From positions 118,916,001-118,980,000 of the forward strand of contig NC_135810.1 of the NCBI RefSeq assembly GCF_964213995.1: a stretch of 64,000 nucleotides of DNA, given 5' to 3'. The stretch is from Mustelus asterias. Its lineage: Eukaryota. This document shows positions 34,395-45,630 of this stretch, in pieces (position 1 is the first letter of the stretch; each line of letters begins with the position of its first letter). The position numbers and the translations under genes were made by a program. The notes beneath the pieces were generated by a model. The model searched no databases, had not been told where the DNA came from, and saw only the letters and a list, made by a program, of their open reading frames with translations.

Positions 34395-34513
34395 TTTATG
34401 TCAAGTAAGACAGTGAAAAGTTAATAAGAGTGTAAGGAAACAAAAAAATAAATAATTAATTAAAGTCAGAAAACCCACTCTCTTACCCTCAGCCTGCTCC
34501 TGGGAACAAATCC

Positions 34514-35220
34514 CTGATATTAACAACTGATATTAAACCCAAACAACTGAGATTAAACCCAAACAACTGAGATTAAACCCAAACAACTGATATTAAACCC
34601 AGAACAACTGAGATTAAACCCAGAACAACTGATATTAAACCCAAACAACTGAGATTAAACCCAAAACAACTGAGATTAAACCTAAACAACTGATATTAAA
34701 CCCAAACAACTGAGATTAAACCCAGAACAACTGATATTAAACCCAAACAACTGATATTAAACCCAAACAACTGAGATTAAATCCAAACAACTGATATTAA
34801 ATCCAAACAACTGAGATTAAACCCAGAACAACTGAGATTAAACCCAAACAACTGATATTAAACCCAAACAACTGAGATTAAATCCAAACAACTGATATTA
34901 AACCCAAACAACTGAGATTAAACCCAAAACAACTGATATTAAACCCAAACAACTGATATTAAACCCAAACAACTGAGATTAAATCCAAACAACTGAGATT
35001 AAACCCAAACAACTGATATTAAACCCAAACAACTGATATTAAACCCAAACAACTGAGATTAAATCCAAACAACTGAGATTAAACCCAAACAACTGAGATT
35101 AAACCCAAACAACTGAGATTAAATCCAAACAACTGAGATTAAATCCACAACAACTGAGATTAAACCCAAATAACTGAGATTAAACCCAAACAACTGATAC
35201 TGAATCCAAACAACTGAGAT
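34514..35220. repeat. Minisatellite, 20-21 bp unit AAACCCAAACAACTGA(G/T)ATT, about 35 copies
   Basis: Directly visible tandem array with few variant positions. Confidence 0.95.
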
Positions 35221-35467
35221 AGTTGAGGAACCTGAGGAGCAAATTTTTACACAGAGGGTGGTACATGTGTGGAATGAGCTGCCAGAGGAAGTGGTTGAGG
35301 GAGGAACATTGACAACATTTAAAAGGCATTTGGACAGATACATGGATAGGGATAAGGGCCAGATGCAGGCAAATGGGCATTTTGATAGGCATGGACCAGT
35401 TTAGGCTGAAGGGCTTGTCTCCGTGCCATAGATTCTATGATTCTATGAATCGCCTAACTGAAATTGA

Positions 35468-35790
35468 TTGAGGCCTTGTGGTGCAGTGGGTAGGGTCTCT
35501 GCCTCTGAGCCAGAAGCTCCAGGTTCAAGTTCCACCCCAGAACCTGATGGCCAAGGAAGACATTTTTACAACAGGGCCAAAGAGGTTAAAGTATCAACCT
35601 GCAAGATCCTTCCAACGCACCCCAATGGCAAGTGGTATGGGCAGGATGGCCAGCCACGCTTGATGCAGACTGGTGTCCCTCAAGCTATAAGCCTCTGGCA
35701 ACAGGCTAGCAACCTGTCCTGGGTAAAATTAGCTGTGAAACAGATAGAGCCTGCCTTGTTGTGCACACAAGGTGCGGGAAGAGAAACAAA
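35468..35790 (+). mobile_element. tRNA-derived SINE (family C)
   Basis: tRNA-like head TGGTGCAGTGGGTAG...CTCTGAGCCAGAAG...GGTTCAAGT; related heads at about 42787 and 54797. Confidence 0.55.
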
Positions 35791-36204
35791 CAGCAAAAAT
35801 CCATCATCCTCAGTTTAGAATAACGCACCCCCCATCCTCTCCCACAGCCTCAGCAGCTTTTGTGGAGGAGGAGGAGGGCTCCAGACTCCCACTACCCTTT
35901 GGACAATGAAGTGCTGAATGTCAGCACCCTTGAATAGTCCATCTATAATTTTAAGGTTATGCCCTGGAATTTAGAAGGTTGAGAGGTGATTTTATTTGAA
36001 CTTTTCAAGACATTAAGAGGAACAGAGAGGATAGATAGAGAGAAAGTATTTCTGCTGGTTGGGGAGTCAAGGATGACCTATCAGGAATGAAATTAGGAAA
36101 CATTCCTTCATGCAAAGGATGCTGAAAGTTTGCAACTCTCTACCGCAAGCAACTACTGATGCTAAATCAATCATGTTAATTCTGAGACTGATATACTTTG
36201 GTTG

Positions 36205-36605
36205 CCATGATGTGGAGTTGCCGGCGTTGGACTGGAGTGGGCACAGTAAGTAGTCTCACAACACCAGGTTAAAGTCCAACATGTTTATTTGGTAGCACGA
36301 GCTTTCAGAACGCTGCTCCTTCATCAGGTGAGTGCAGGATTTGGGTTCACAAGCAGGGCATATATAGACACAAACTCAATTACAAGATAATGGTTGGAAT
36401 GTGAGTCTTAACAGGTAATCAAGTCTTTACAGGTACAGACAATGTGAGTGGAGAGAGGGTTAAGCACAGGTTAAAGAGGTGTGAATTGTCTCCAGCCAGG
36501 ACAGTTAGTGAGATTTTGCAAGCCCAGGCAAGTCGTAGGGGTGACATGAACCCAAGATAAACCTACCAAATAAACCTGTTGGACTTTCATCTGGTGTTGT
36601 GAGAC
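36205..36605 (-). mobile_element. Penelope-like element fragment with hammerhead motif (family B) and inverted partial terminus
   Basis: Terminus TGATGTGGAG.TGCCGGCGTTGGACTGG...TTCATCAGGTGAGT with an inverted partial copy at about 36562-36605. The same terminus occurs at about 13073-13165, 23507-23632, 27991-28098, 44298-44484, 48078-48168 and 63298-63412. Confidence 0.65.
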
Positions 36606-38279
36606 TACATACTTATGATATCCAGAGGTATTAAGGGATATGGGGCAAAGGAGGGTTTGTGGAGTTAGCTTCCTGACCATCCATTGACACTGTCTACACT
36701 TTCCGCTGCCTTGGAAAAGCAGCCAGCATAATTAAGGACCCCACGCACCCCGGACATTCTCTCTTCCATTTTCTTCCTTCGCGAAGAAGATACATAAGTC
36801 TGAGGTCACATACCAACCGACTCAAGAACAGCTTCTTCCCTGCTGCCATCAGACTTTTGAATGGACCTACCTTATATTAAGCTGATCTTTCCCTACACCC
36901 TAGCTATGATGTGTAAAGACGTGCAGGTTAGGTGCATTTTCCATGCTAGGATGCATAGGTTATAGGGATTCGCGTGGTAAATGTGGAGTTACAGGGATGG
37001 GGTCTGGGTGGAATTGTTGTCGGTGCAGACTTGATGGGCCGAATGGCCTATTTCTGCACTAGAGGGATTCTATGGAAGGATTCTATGACTGTAACACTAT
37101 ATTCTGTATTCCATCCTTTCCTTCTCCCCTGTGTACTCTATGAACGGTATGTTTTTTCTGTATAGCGCACAAGAAACAATACTTTTCACTGTATCCCAAT
37201 ACATGTAACAATAATAAATTAAATCATGATGCCATTGAAGGGCAGAACAGCCTGAAAGAATGTCTTCCCCCTGTTTCTCCACCTTTTCGTTCTGGACTCC
37301 TCTCTCCCACTCACCATAGGGATGTTTTCTATCTGCTCCATCATATACCACAATCATCTGGCACGGTGGCACAGTGGTTAGCACTGCTGCCTCACAGCAC
37401 CAGGGACCTGGGTTCAATTCTGGCCTTGGGTCACCGTCTGTGTGGAGTTTGCCTGTCCTCCGCGTGTCGGCGTGGGTCTCCTCCGGGTGCTCCGGTTTCC
37501 CCCCACAGTCCAAAGATGTGCAGGTTGGATTGATTGGCCGTGCTAAATTGGCCCTTAGTGTCAGGGGAACTAGCAGGGTAAATATGTGGGGTTACGGGAA
37601 TAGGTCGTGGGTGGGATTGTGGTCGGTGCAGGCTCAATGGGCTGAATGGCCTCCACCTGTACTGCAGGGGAGTCTATGATTCTAGATCATCACTTAAATC
37701 TTCTACATCCAAAAGAATGCACGCCTGATCTATGCAACCTGCCAACAGTTGCTGTCTCGATTCTCAAACAAGCCATGACAATCTTGACAACGTATCTGTG
37801 GGTGATTGACACTATCCTATAGAATAAGTCAGTCCCTTTATTAGAATACAGGAGAAAAAGGAAGAGTGTGTTTTGAGCTATTGATGGCAAGCTGAATAAC
37901 CCCTCTCCAGTCTGATGTTCAGTGGTCTCATCAGCATTAAATTTTTATGTAACGCTTTAGAAGCAGGTAGCAATATAGCAAGGTTACACTTCCAGTGCAA
38001 TTACTTTTAGCAATTTGACTTTCAAAAGGATTGCAGATAGCAAGGCCTCCTCAGGTACAAAGGAAAACTGTTAAGAGACATTAAGGCAGCAGACAGCAAC
38101 TTTACAAGGCAGCTTCTTTACAAGACTGACCTTGGAAGTCACAGAAAATATGCAGCAAACAGGCACAGTATAAAGATATATTTAAAAGGACGGTTTACTG
38201 GTGGCAGAGTCCTCAAAGAATAGGTCTTCATTCAGGGGTTGCAATGCATCAGATAATTCTCTGAGCACCAAAATCTAGG

Positions 38280-38640
38280 CTGGCATTACGGTGTCGTACT
38301 GAGGGAGTGCTGCCCTGTCAGAGGTGCCGTCTTTTGGATGGGGTGTTAAACCGGAGCCCCACCTGCCGTCTCGGGTGGGACTGTTTTGAAGGAAGTTAGA
38401 GGAGTAATCTCCAATACCTTGCTCAAATATTTATCCCTCAACTAACATCACAAAAGCGGATCATCTGGTCATTATCACATTAAAGTTTGTGGGAGCTTGC
38501 AGTGCACAAAGTGCCTGTCGCATGTTCTGCATTACGACAGCAACTGCACTTCAAAAGGACATCATTGGCTTTAAAAGCACCTTGGAATGACTGGAGATCC
38601 TGAAAGGCATTATATAAATGCAAGTCTTTCACCTTTCTTT
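38280..38640 (+). mobile_element. Deu-domain SINE (SacSINE1/AmnSINE1-like)
   Basis: Deu core GTACTGAGGGAGTGCTGC.CTGTC.GAGGTGCCGTCTTT.GGATG...GTTAAACC and tail TATATAAATGCAAGTCTTT. Older copies at about 14487-16290 (split), 24070-24390 and 47785-48290(-). Confidence 0.7.
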
Positions 38641-39955
38641 TCCTTTGGGTTAACCTAATAAACTGAATCAACACACTGAGGGGTCAATTGTAATACAGCT
38701 CCTTAAAGGGATACCGCATCAAAGTAGACAGCGTCACAAAGGAAACGCAAAACATTAAAATCATGGGGAGGTGACAGCCTAGTGGTATTACCGCTAGACT
38801 ATTAATCCAGAAACTCAGCTAATGTTCTGGGGACCCAGGTTCAAATGGGCGGCACGGTAGCACAGTGGTTAGCACTGCTGCTTCACAGCTCCAGGGACCT
38901 GGGTTCGATTCCCGGCTTGGGTCACTGTCTGTGTGAGTTTGCACATTCTCCTCATGTCTGCGTGGGTTTCCTCCAGGTGCTCCGGTTTCCTCCCACAGTC
39001 CAAAGATGTGCAGGTTAGGTTGATTGGCCATGCTAAAAATTGCCCCTTAGTGTCCTGGGATGCGCAGATTAGAGGGATTAGCGGGTAAAATATGTAGGGA
39101 TATGGGGATAGGGCCTGGGTGGGATTGTGGTCGGTGCAGACTCGATGGGCCGAATGGCCTCTTTCTGTGCTGTAGGGTTTCTATGATTCCTAAATCTCGC
39201 CACGGCAGATGGTGGAATTTGAATTCGATAAAAAATTAAGAATCTATTGATGACCATGAAACCATTGTTGGAAAAACCCATCTGGTTCATTAAGTCCTTT
39301 CGGGAAGGAAATCTGCCATCCTTACCTGGTCTGGCCTACATGTGACTCCAGAGCCACAGAAATATGGTTGACTCTCAACTGCCCTCGAGCAACTCAGGGA
39401 TGGGCAATAAATGCTGGCCAGCCAGCGACGCCCATGTCACACAAATGAATTTTAAAAAAATGAGTGGAAGATACAATTCGAAGGGAGTGCCCCTGATGCC
39501 CCATCCAATGTTTAGCCTTCCGGCACACAATCAAAACAGGATGAATGGCCATTCCATTGCTCTTTGCGACACCATGGGGGTGATTCTCTGACCATGGGGG
39601 TGATTCTCCGAGCTCACCCCACCCAGCGCAGATCCTGGAGAGTAGCGTGAAATCGGTTTCACACCCGCTGCCAAACAGTTTGCGATTCTGCGGCCCTTTC
39701 TAATGGCATGAACAGGGTCAATATGCATTGCCTGTTCAACTCCCAGCATATGGAATTCTCCATCGGGCAGTGCCCTCCTGGCAGGGCCCACCTGGCACAC
39801 TGGCAGTGCCCACTGGATGCCCTCGCAGTGACCACCGGAGACCCCAGCGGTACCAACTGGCCATCGCCAGTGTGCCAGGGGCAATGCCAAGGTGATGGGG
39901 CTTGAGTGGGGGCTATGACAGGGAGAGGGTATGCAAAGGTGGAATAACGGGAGTT

Positions 39956-40143
39956 TATGCAGGGGTGTTATGACCGGGCCTATGCAGGGGGGCTATGACC
40001 GGGCCTATGCAGGGGGGCTATGACCGGGCCTATGCAGGGGGGCTATGACCGGGCCTATGCAGGGGGGCTATGACCGGGCCTATGCAGGGGGGCTATGACC
40101 GGGCCTATGCAGGGGGGCTATGACCGGGCCTATGCAGGGGGGG
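39956..40143. repeat. Minisatellite, 25-bp unit TATGCAGGGGGGCTATGACCGGGCC, about 7.5 copies
   Basis: Near-perfect tandem array inside a GC-rich MITE-like element. Confidence 0.95.
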
Positions 40144-41062
40144 ACACGCAGGAGTGGATCATGCCTTGGATCATGATTAGTGGATCATGTCAGGTCATGA
40201 TGGCTGGGTAATGTTGGGGGATCATGTCAGGGAATCATGATGGGGGCATGTCGGGGGTCAGGCAGGGCAACCCATCGAGCGGGCCCCGATGCCGGTGATC
40301 CATTATGGAGGGGAGGTGGGGGAATATGCTGCTGACGAGGTGGGGGATCCCGATGTCCATGGGGGGAAGAACGGAGTCTCCCATTGCACTGAGAGATCGG
40401 GGCGCCCTTGCGAAACAATGCCCAGTGTGCTCTGAAGCCGGGCTCACCGGCATGTTTACTGGCGCGAAATTCCAGACCCTCCAGAAAAGTGACCGAGTGG
40501 GAGGATTGCGGAGGGAAAGGCCTGAGAGACCAGCACGGATCACTCGATATTCTTGCTGTTACCACACTTTGTTTTTTGTTTAGAAGAATTCCGCCCTGTA
40601 TTTTGGGCAAATAGGCCACTAACAAAAAAGCACAAAACTTATCCAAATATCTCACGAAAACAAACCGGCACAAGAAAATTACACTGGCAAGCACTTTAAA
40701 AATAAATCAGGAGGTGACACTCAAGAATCCCACTGAAGAAATCCCATTCATTGCACATTCATTTTATTGAAGCATCAATGCAGAATTACAATGCAGCATA
40801 AAAAAAAATTACACTTAATCATGAACTAATACGCAGTCAACAATTCAAAAATAGATTTTGCTTTGAGTTGAAATGACTCGTGTTCAGCAGTTTGAGAGTT
40901 GATTTCTTCATTACCATTTTGGTTGTGTTGAAGCTTAGATACCCCAGTGTGTTACTGAGTTAGCCATTAGCAGCAAGCATAGTCGATTCAGAAAGTGCTT
41001 GCTGCATGCAATTAATTGCTTTATATACCATGGCAACAGGAAGGAGTGGTGGGTGTGGTGGA

Positions 41063-41240
41063 ATGGAGGGGTAATTACAATTGTCCTTGGGATGGAGGGG
41101 GTAATTACAATTGTCCTTGGGATGGAGGGGGTAATTACAATTGTCCTTGGGATGGAGGGGGTAATTATAATTGTCCTTGGGATGGAGGGGGGGAATTATA
41201 ATTGTCCTTGGGATGGAGGGGGGGAATTATAATTGTCCTT
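41063..41240. repeat. Minisatellite, about 30-bp unit ATGGAGGGGGTAATTACAATTGTCCTTGGG, about 6 copies
   Basis: Directly visible tandem array. Confidence 0.95.
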
Positions 41241-44200
41241 ATTGTTCCCAAACTAGAAAGAGATTCTTATTTTAAGAAACAGCCTGTTCACTACGTCACA
41301 CTCTCACTTCTAAGTCAGGAGATTGTGGGTTCAAATCCAGCTCCAGGACTTGAGCGCAAAAGTGGTGGGTGGGCTTTGGGAACCATTGGACCAAAGTCAC
41401 CTGTTCCTCCCAAGCGCACGCACTAAACTTACCACGTCATGTCTCAAGTTACACATACATTGTAACCCGACATTTTATTTTCTGAAAGAAATCTACTTTA
41501 CATTTGAATAAATTATCTTTCTTCACCTTGGGAGCCAATTCTGCAGATTGACCCTTTGTTAATTGAAATATTGCTTCCACAGATTAGTTTCATAGAATCC
41601 CTACAGTGCAGAAGGAGGCCACTTGGCCCATCAAGTCTGCACAGACCACAATCCCATCCAGGCCCTATCCTCATAGCCCCACTTATTTACTCTGCTAGTC
41701 CCTCTGACAATAAGGGAGAATTTAGCATGGCCAATCAACCTAACCCACACTTCTTTCGACTGTGGGGGGAAACCGGAGCACCCGGAGGAAACCCATGCAG
41801 ACACGGGGAGAACATGCAAACTTCACAGTCACCCGAGGCCGGAATTGAACCCAGGTCCTTGGCTCTGTGAGGCAGCTGTGCTAACCACTGTGTCTCTGTG
41901 CCGCATTCATCCTCCTTCAAGCGTAGACCATGTACTGTGGTTCTACAGTCCTGAACAAGGTGAAGTAGCTGGTCAAAGTCTATAGCATCTCATCCTTTCA
42001 ACGCCCAAAATATAGGAATCATGTCAACCTCTTAACTTTCTCTTTTCTGGTGAGAAAATGCCAATTTACACAATCATTTCTCATAATCCATCTCCTCAAT
42101 CATTCTGTTTCATCCCTTTTGCATCCATTCAATAACTATGGTGACCAGAATGCTACACAGTATTCTAAATGCAGTCACACCATTGATTTCTATAGGAGTG
42201 GGACTACCTCACAACCTCACCTCAATGTTAATCTTTTAACCTATCCAAATTTACTCACTACGGCTAAGCATTGCTGCAATAGTTCAAGTTATTAGAATCA
42301 TAGAATCCCGACAGTTCAGAAAGAGGCCATTCAGCCCATTGACCTTGCATCGACAACAATCCCACCCAGGGCCTATCCCCATAACCCCACATATTTACCC
42401 TACTAGTCTCCCTGACATTAAGGGGCAATTTAGCATGGCCAATCCACCCAACCCTCACATCTTTGTACTGTGGGAATGAACCGGAGCACCCGGAGGAAAC
42501 CCATGCAGACACGGGGAGAACGTGCAGACTCCGCACAATCACCCGAGGCTGGAATCGAACCCGGGTACCTGGCGCTGTGAGGCAGCATTGCTAACCACTG
42601 TGCCACTGTGCCGCCCAGTCAGACCGCTCTCATTTCTGCAGACATTATTATCTTTCCGTTTACGTAGAAACACAAAAAATAGAAACAGGAAAAGGCCATT
42701 CGGCCCTTCGAGCCTGCTCTGCCACTCATTTTGATCACGACTGATCATCAGCCATGAAAAAAATGAACTGATTTTAACTAATAGTGGAGGTCTTGTGGCA
42801 CGATGGGTAGCGTCCCTGCCTCTAAGCCAGAAGATCTGGGTTCAAGTCCCACTCCAGGCATTGATGACCAAGGAAGATGTGCTCCAAACAGGTTGCGCAT
42901 CTACTTATAAATCCTTCCAATTATATGCAGGTGGTAAGAGCTAGAGGTATACGGTCAGCCATGTGATGGAAAAAAATTGGTGCCTCTACCCATCACTATG
43001 CATGGTAAACAACCCTGATAGGAGGCTACATCAGACATGTTAAAGTGTATGTTGCCACAGATATCTGACTCCATGGAGGGCTGGTAGACCTAGTTGGCTG
43101 GACGGCTGGTGTGGATCAGAGCAGTTTCAAATTCACCATGGGGTTCGATCTTACTTTTGGCTGGAGTGGATTCGGGACCTGCCTCCTTGTCCTAGCCATG
43201 GTGGAGATGTGGGTCGGACCTGCCCTCAGGCTGAGAACTGGATAAGAAGGACTAATAGTCCCTCCCTTTGCATTTCTCTGCAGTGAATTCCACCTGTCTT
43301 CCCAATTCCCAGGTACATTCGAAACCTCCCACAGCCTTTCCTGTTCAGCTTTCGAGTCTACCGCCACTTTGTAACCAGAAGTTAACACAAAATTCTCAAA
43401 TTTGTCAATGGCCAACCCAACTAAAAGTTAAGTTTATTTATTGGTGTCACAAGTAAGGCTTTCATTAACGCGGCAATGAAGTTACTGTGAAAATCCCCGA
43501 GTTGCCACACTCCGGCGCCTGTTCGGGTACATTGAGGGAGAATTTAGCACGGCCAACGCACCTAACCAGCACGTCTTTCGGACTATAACATCAGTCCTGA
43601 AGGAGAATTGTGTTGGGGAATCAACAAGGGGTTGTCAGTACCGTGGACCTGTTTACATCAAGTATTCACAGGTCAGACACAGCACAGGTTGAAGACAAGT
43701 GCCTTGAATTTTCGACTGGTCACCCAGGTATACTATACATCAAGAGCTTCCATGTCTATTACACCTTTAACATAAAAACTGACCCACTTTTACTTTTCAT
43801 CGAGCCAGTTTAACACACAGTCAGCAAGATGAAAGTCTACCTCAAGGCATAGCTTCCTCTACGCTGTCCCCGACAGTACAGATTAACCTTAACCTCAGAA
43901 AAGCATGACATTTCCACTAAGAACTGGACTAGCACTGTCTAATCTTGATTACAAAAAGAATCCTTGTAGGCAAAATCTTTCATGTCTGTGTGGGCTGGAT
44001 CACAGCACAAATGCTAGAGATAAAGGTGCCTGGTTCTAATATAGCGCACTGGTAGATCAGTCTTAAATCTGACACTAACAATTGCACTGGTAGATTTAAT
44101 CTCTGCATTTTTATTCACGGTTGGAGCTCAATAAGTCTCTTTTGGTATTACCACGTATCTCACTGCTTTCTTGCTCATTTTAAAACATAATTAATGGCAA

Positions 44201-44355
44201 GGTTAGAAGCAGCGTAGAAAAAAATGTTTAAACAATTACAATGAGTATTTTCAGTGAGGTGGAAATATAGGCACATAATAAGGTTGCTTGAAACAATGCC
44301 ATGATGTGGTTGGTGATGCTGGCGTTGGACTAGGGTGGGCACAGTAAGAAGTCTC

Positions 44356-44484
44356 ACAACACCAGGGTAAAGTCCAGCAGCTTTATTTGGAATCACGAGC
44401 TTTCGGAGTGCTACTCCTTCAAGGAGCAGCACTCCGAAAGCTCGTGATTCCAAATAAACCTGTTGGACTTTACCCTGGTGTTGT
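44356..44484. repeat. 64-bp-arm inverted repeat (fold-back Penelope-like terminus)
   Basis: Arms 44356-44419 and 44421-44484 with three mismatches and a 1-nt spacer; flanking AAACAAT(G/A)CC at 44291 and 44486. Confidence 0.9.
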
Positions 44485-44676
44485 TAAACAATACCTTATA
44501 ACTAAAGACTCCTTAATTTGTTTTTAAAAATATATGGTCTCAGAAACACCAAAAAAGACTCAAAACCCCATCTAATAAAAACAAGAGAGTTTGACTTATT
44601 CAGTCTCAATGTTCTGCTTTTATCAATGTATGGCACAGTGTTCAGACAGAAAAGAAATCATAGGAAATTAAGGCAG

Positions 44677-44808
44677 TTACTCAAAATAGCCTTTATTCCG
44701 CAGAAATCTCGTAGCATCGTTGAAGCCCTTGTAATACAGCGATTCCATCGTCACTTGGCCCGGTGGGAACAGCGCCTGACTGAGCCTCACAAAATTGGCA
44801 ATGGACAG
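44677..44808 (-). CDS. PNPLA4: Patatin-like phospholipase domain-containing 4, last coding exon
   Basis: LSIANFVRLSQALFPPGQVTMESLYYKGFNDATRFLRNKGYFE*, colinear with the human PNPLA4 C-terminus as I recall it (LSLANLVRLNQALFPP...KENWFE); acceptor gaactacag|. Confidence 0.95.
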   Translation of the reverse strand: MSIANFVRLSQALFPPGQVTMESLYYKGFNDATRFLRNKGYFE

Positions 44809-45154
44809 CTGTAGTTCAAATCGGGGAGGGTGGGTGAGAAAGAGAGGAAGTAAAAAGGAGGAATTATTCCACGAATGCACAATGTTAAAATGCGCTGCTG
44901 TACCATTTCCCCTGATTATTGAAATAAACAATGCTGATAGGCAGCTAATCTAATACGATCAAAGGGTTACATGCAGGGAATGGAACGTTTGCACTCAATA
45001 AAGACAGAAGAATTCACATTAAAAGGGAAATAAAACAATAGAACAGTTACAGCGCACAAGGTGACCATTGGGCCAGTTGTATCTGTGTTGACACTCTGAA
45101 GTAATGCGCCCGGTGCCATTCCCCAGCCTTCTCCTCCTATCCCTGCACACTCTT

Positions 45155-45630
45155 AGAAACATAGAAAAATAGAAGATAGGAGCAGGAGGAGGCCATTCAG
45201 CCCTTCGAGTCTGCTCCACCATTCAACACGATCATGGCTGATCATCCAACTCAATAGCCTAATCCTGCTTTCTCCCCATAACCTTTGATCCCATTCGCCC
45301 CAAGTGCTATATCCAGCCTCCTCTTGAATACATTCAATGTTTTGGCATCAATTACTTCCTGTGGTAATGAATTCCACAGGCTCACCACTCTTTGGGTGAA
45401 GAAATGTCTCCTCATCCCCGTCCTAAATGGTCTATCCCGAATCCTCAGACTGTGACCCCTGGTTCTGGACACCCCCACCAGCAGGAACATCCTCCCTGCA
45501 TCTACCCTGTCTAGTCCTGTTAGAATTTTATAAATCCCGATGAGATCCCCCCTCATTCATCTGAACTCCAGTGAAAATAATCCTAACCTAGTCAATCTCT
45601 CCTCATACATCAGACCCGCCATCCCCAGAA
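45155..45630 (-). mobile_element. CR1 LINE 3' fragment (same subfamily as 600-1186)
   Basis: ORF 45251-45556 is nearly identical to the end of ORF 634-1089 and has the same tail. Confidence 0.88.

Larger units (their letters stand above)
30345..35226 (-). mobile_element. Full-length CR1 LINE with two intact ORFs
   Basis: ORF1 and ORF2 uninterrupted; (TTCTTATG)n tail; GGAAC repeated at 30340-30344 and 35227-35231; the older host CR1 resumes at 35227. Confidence 0.92.

Noticed and set aside
34514-35220. CRISPR-like or telomeric array
   Set aside because: There are no unique spacers, the context is eukaryotic, and the unit is not TTAGGG; it is a plain minisatellite.
40999-41232. Repetitive ORFs (GVITIVLGME / NYNCPWDGGG) as a repeat protein
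   Set aside because: They are a by-product of a 30-bp minisatellite, with no splice or homology support.
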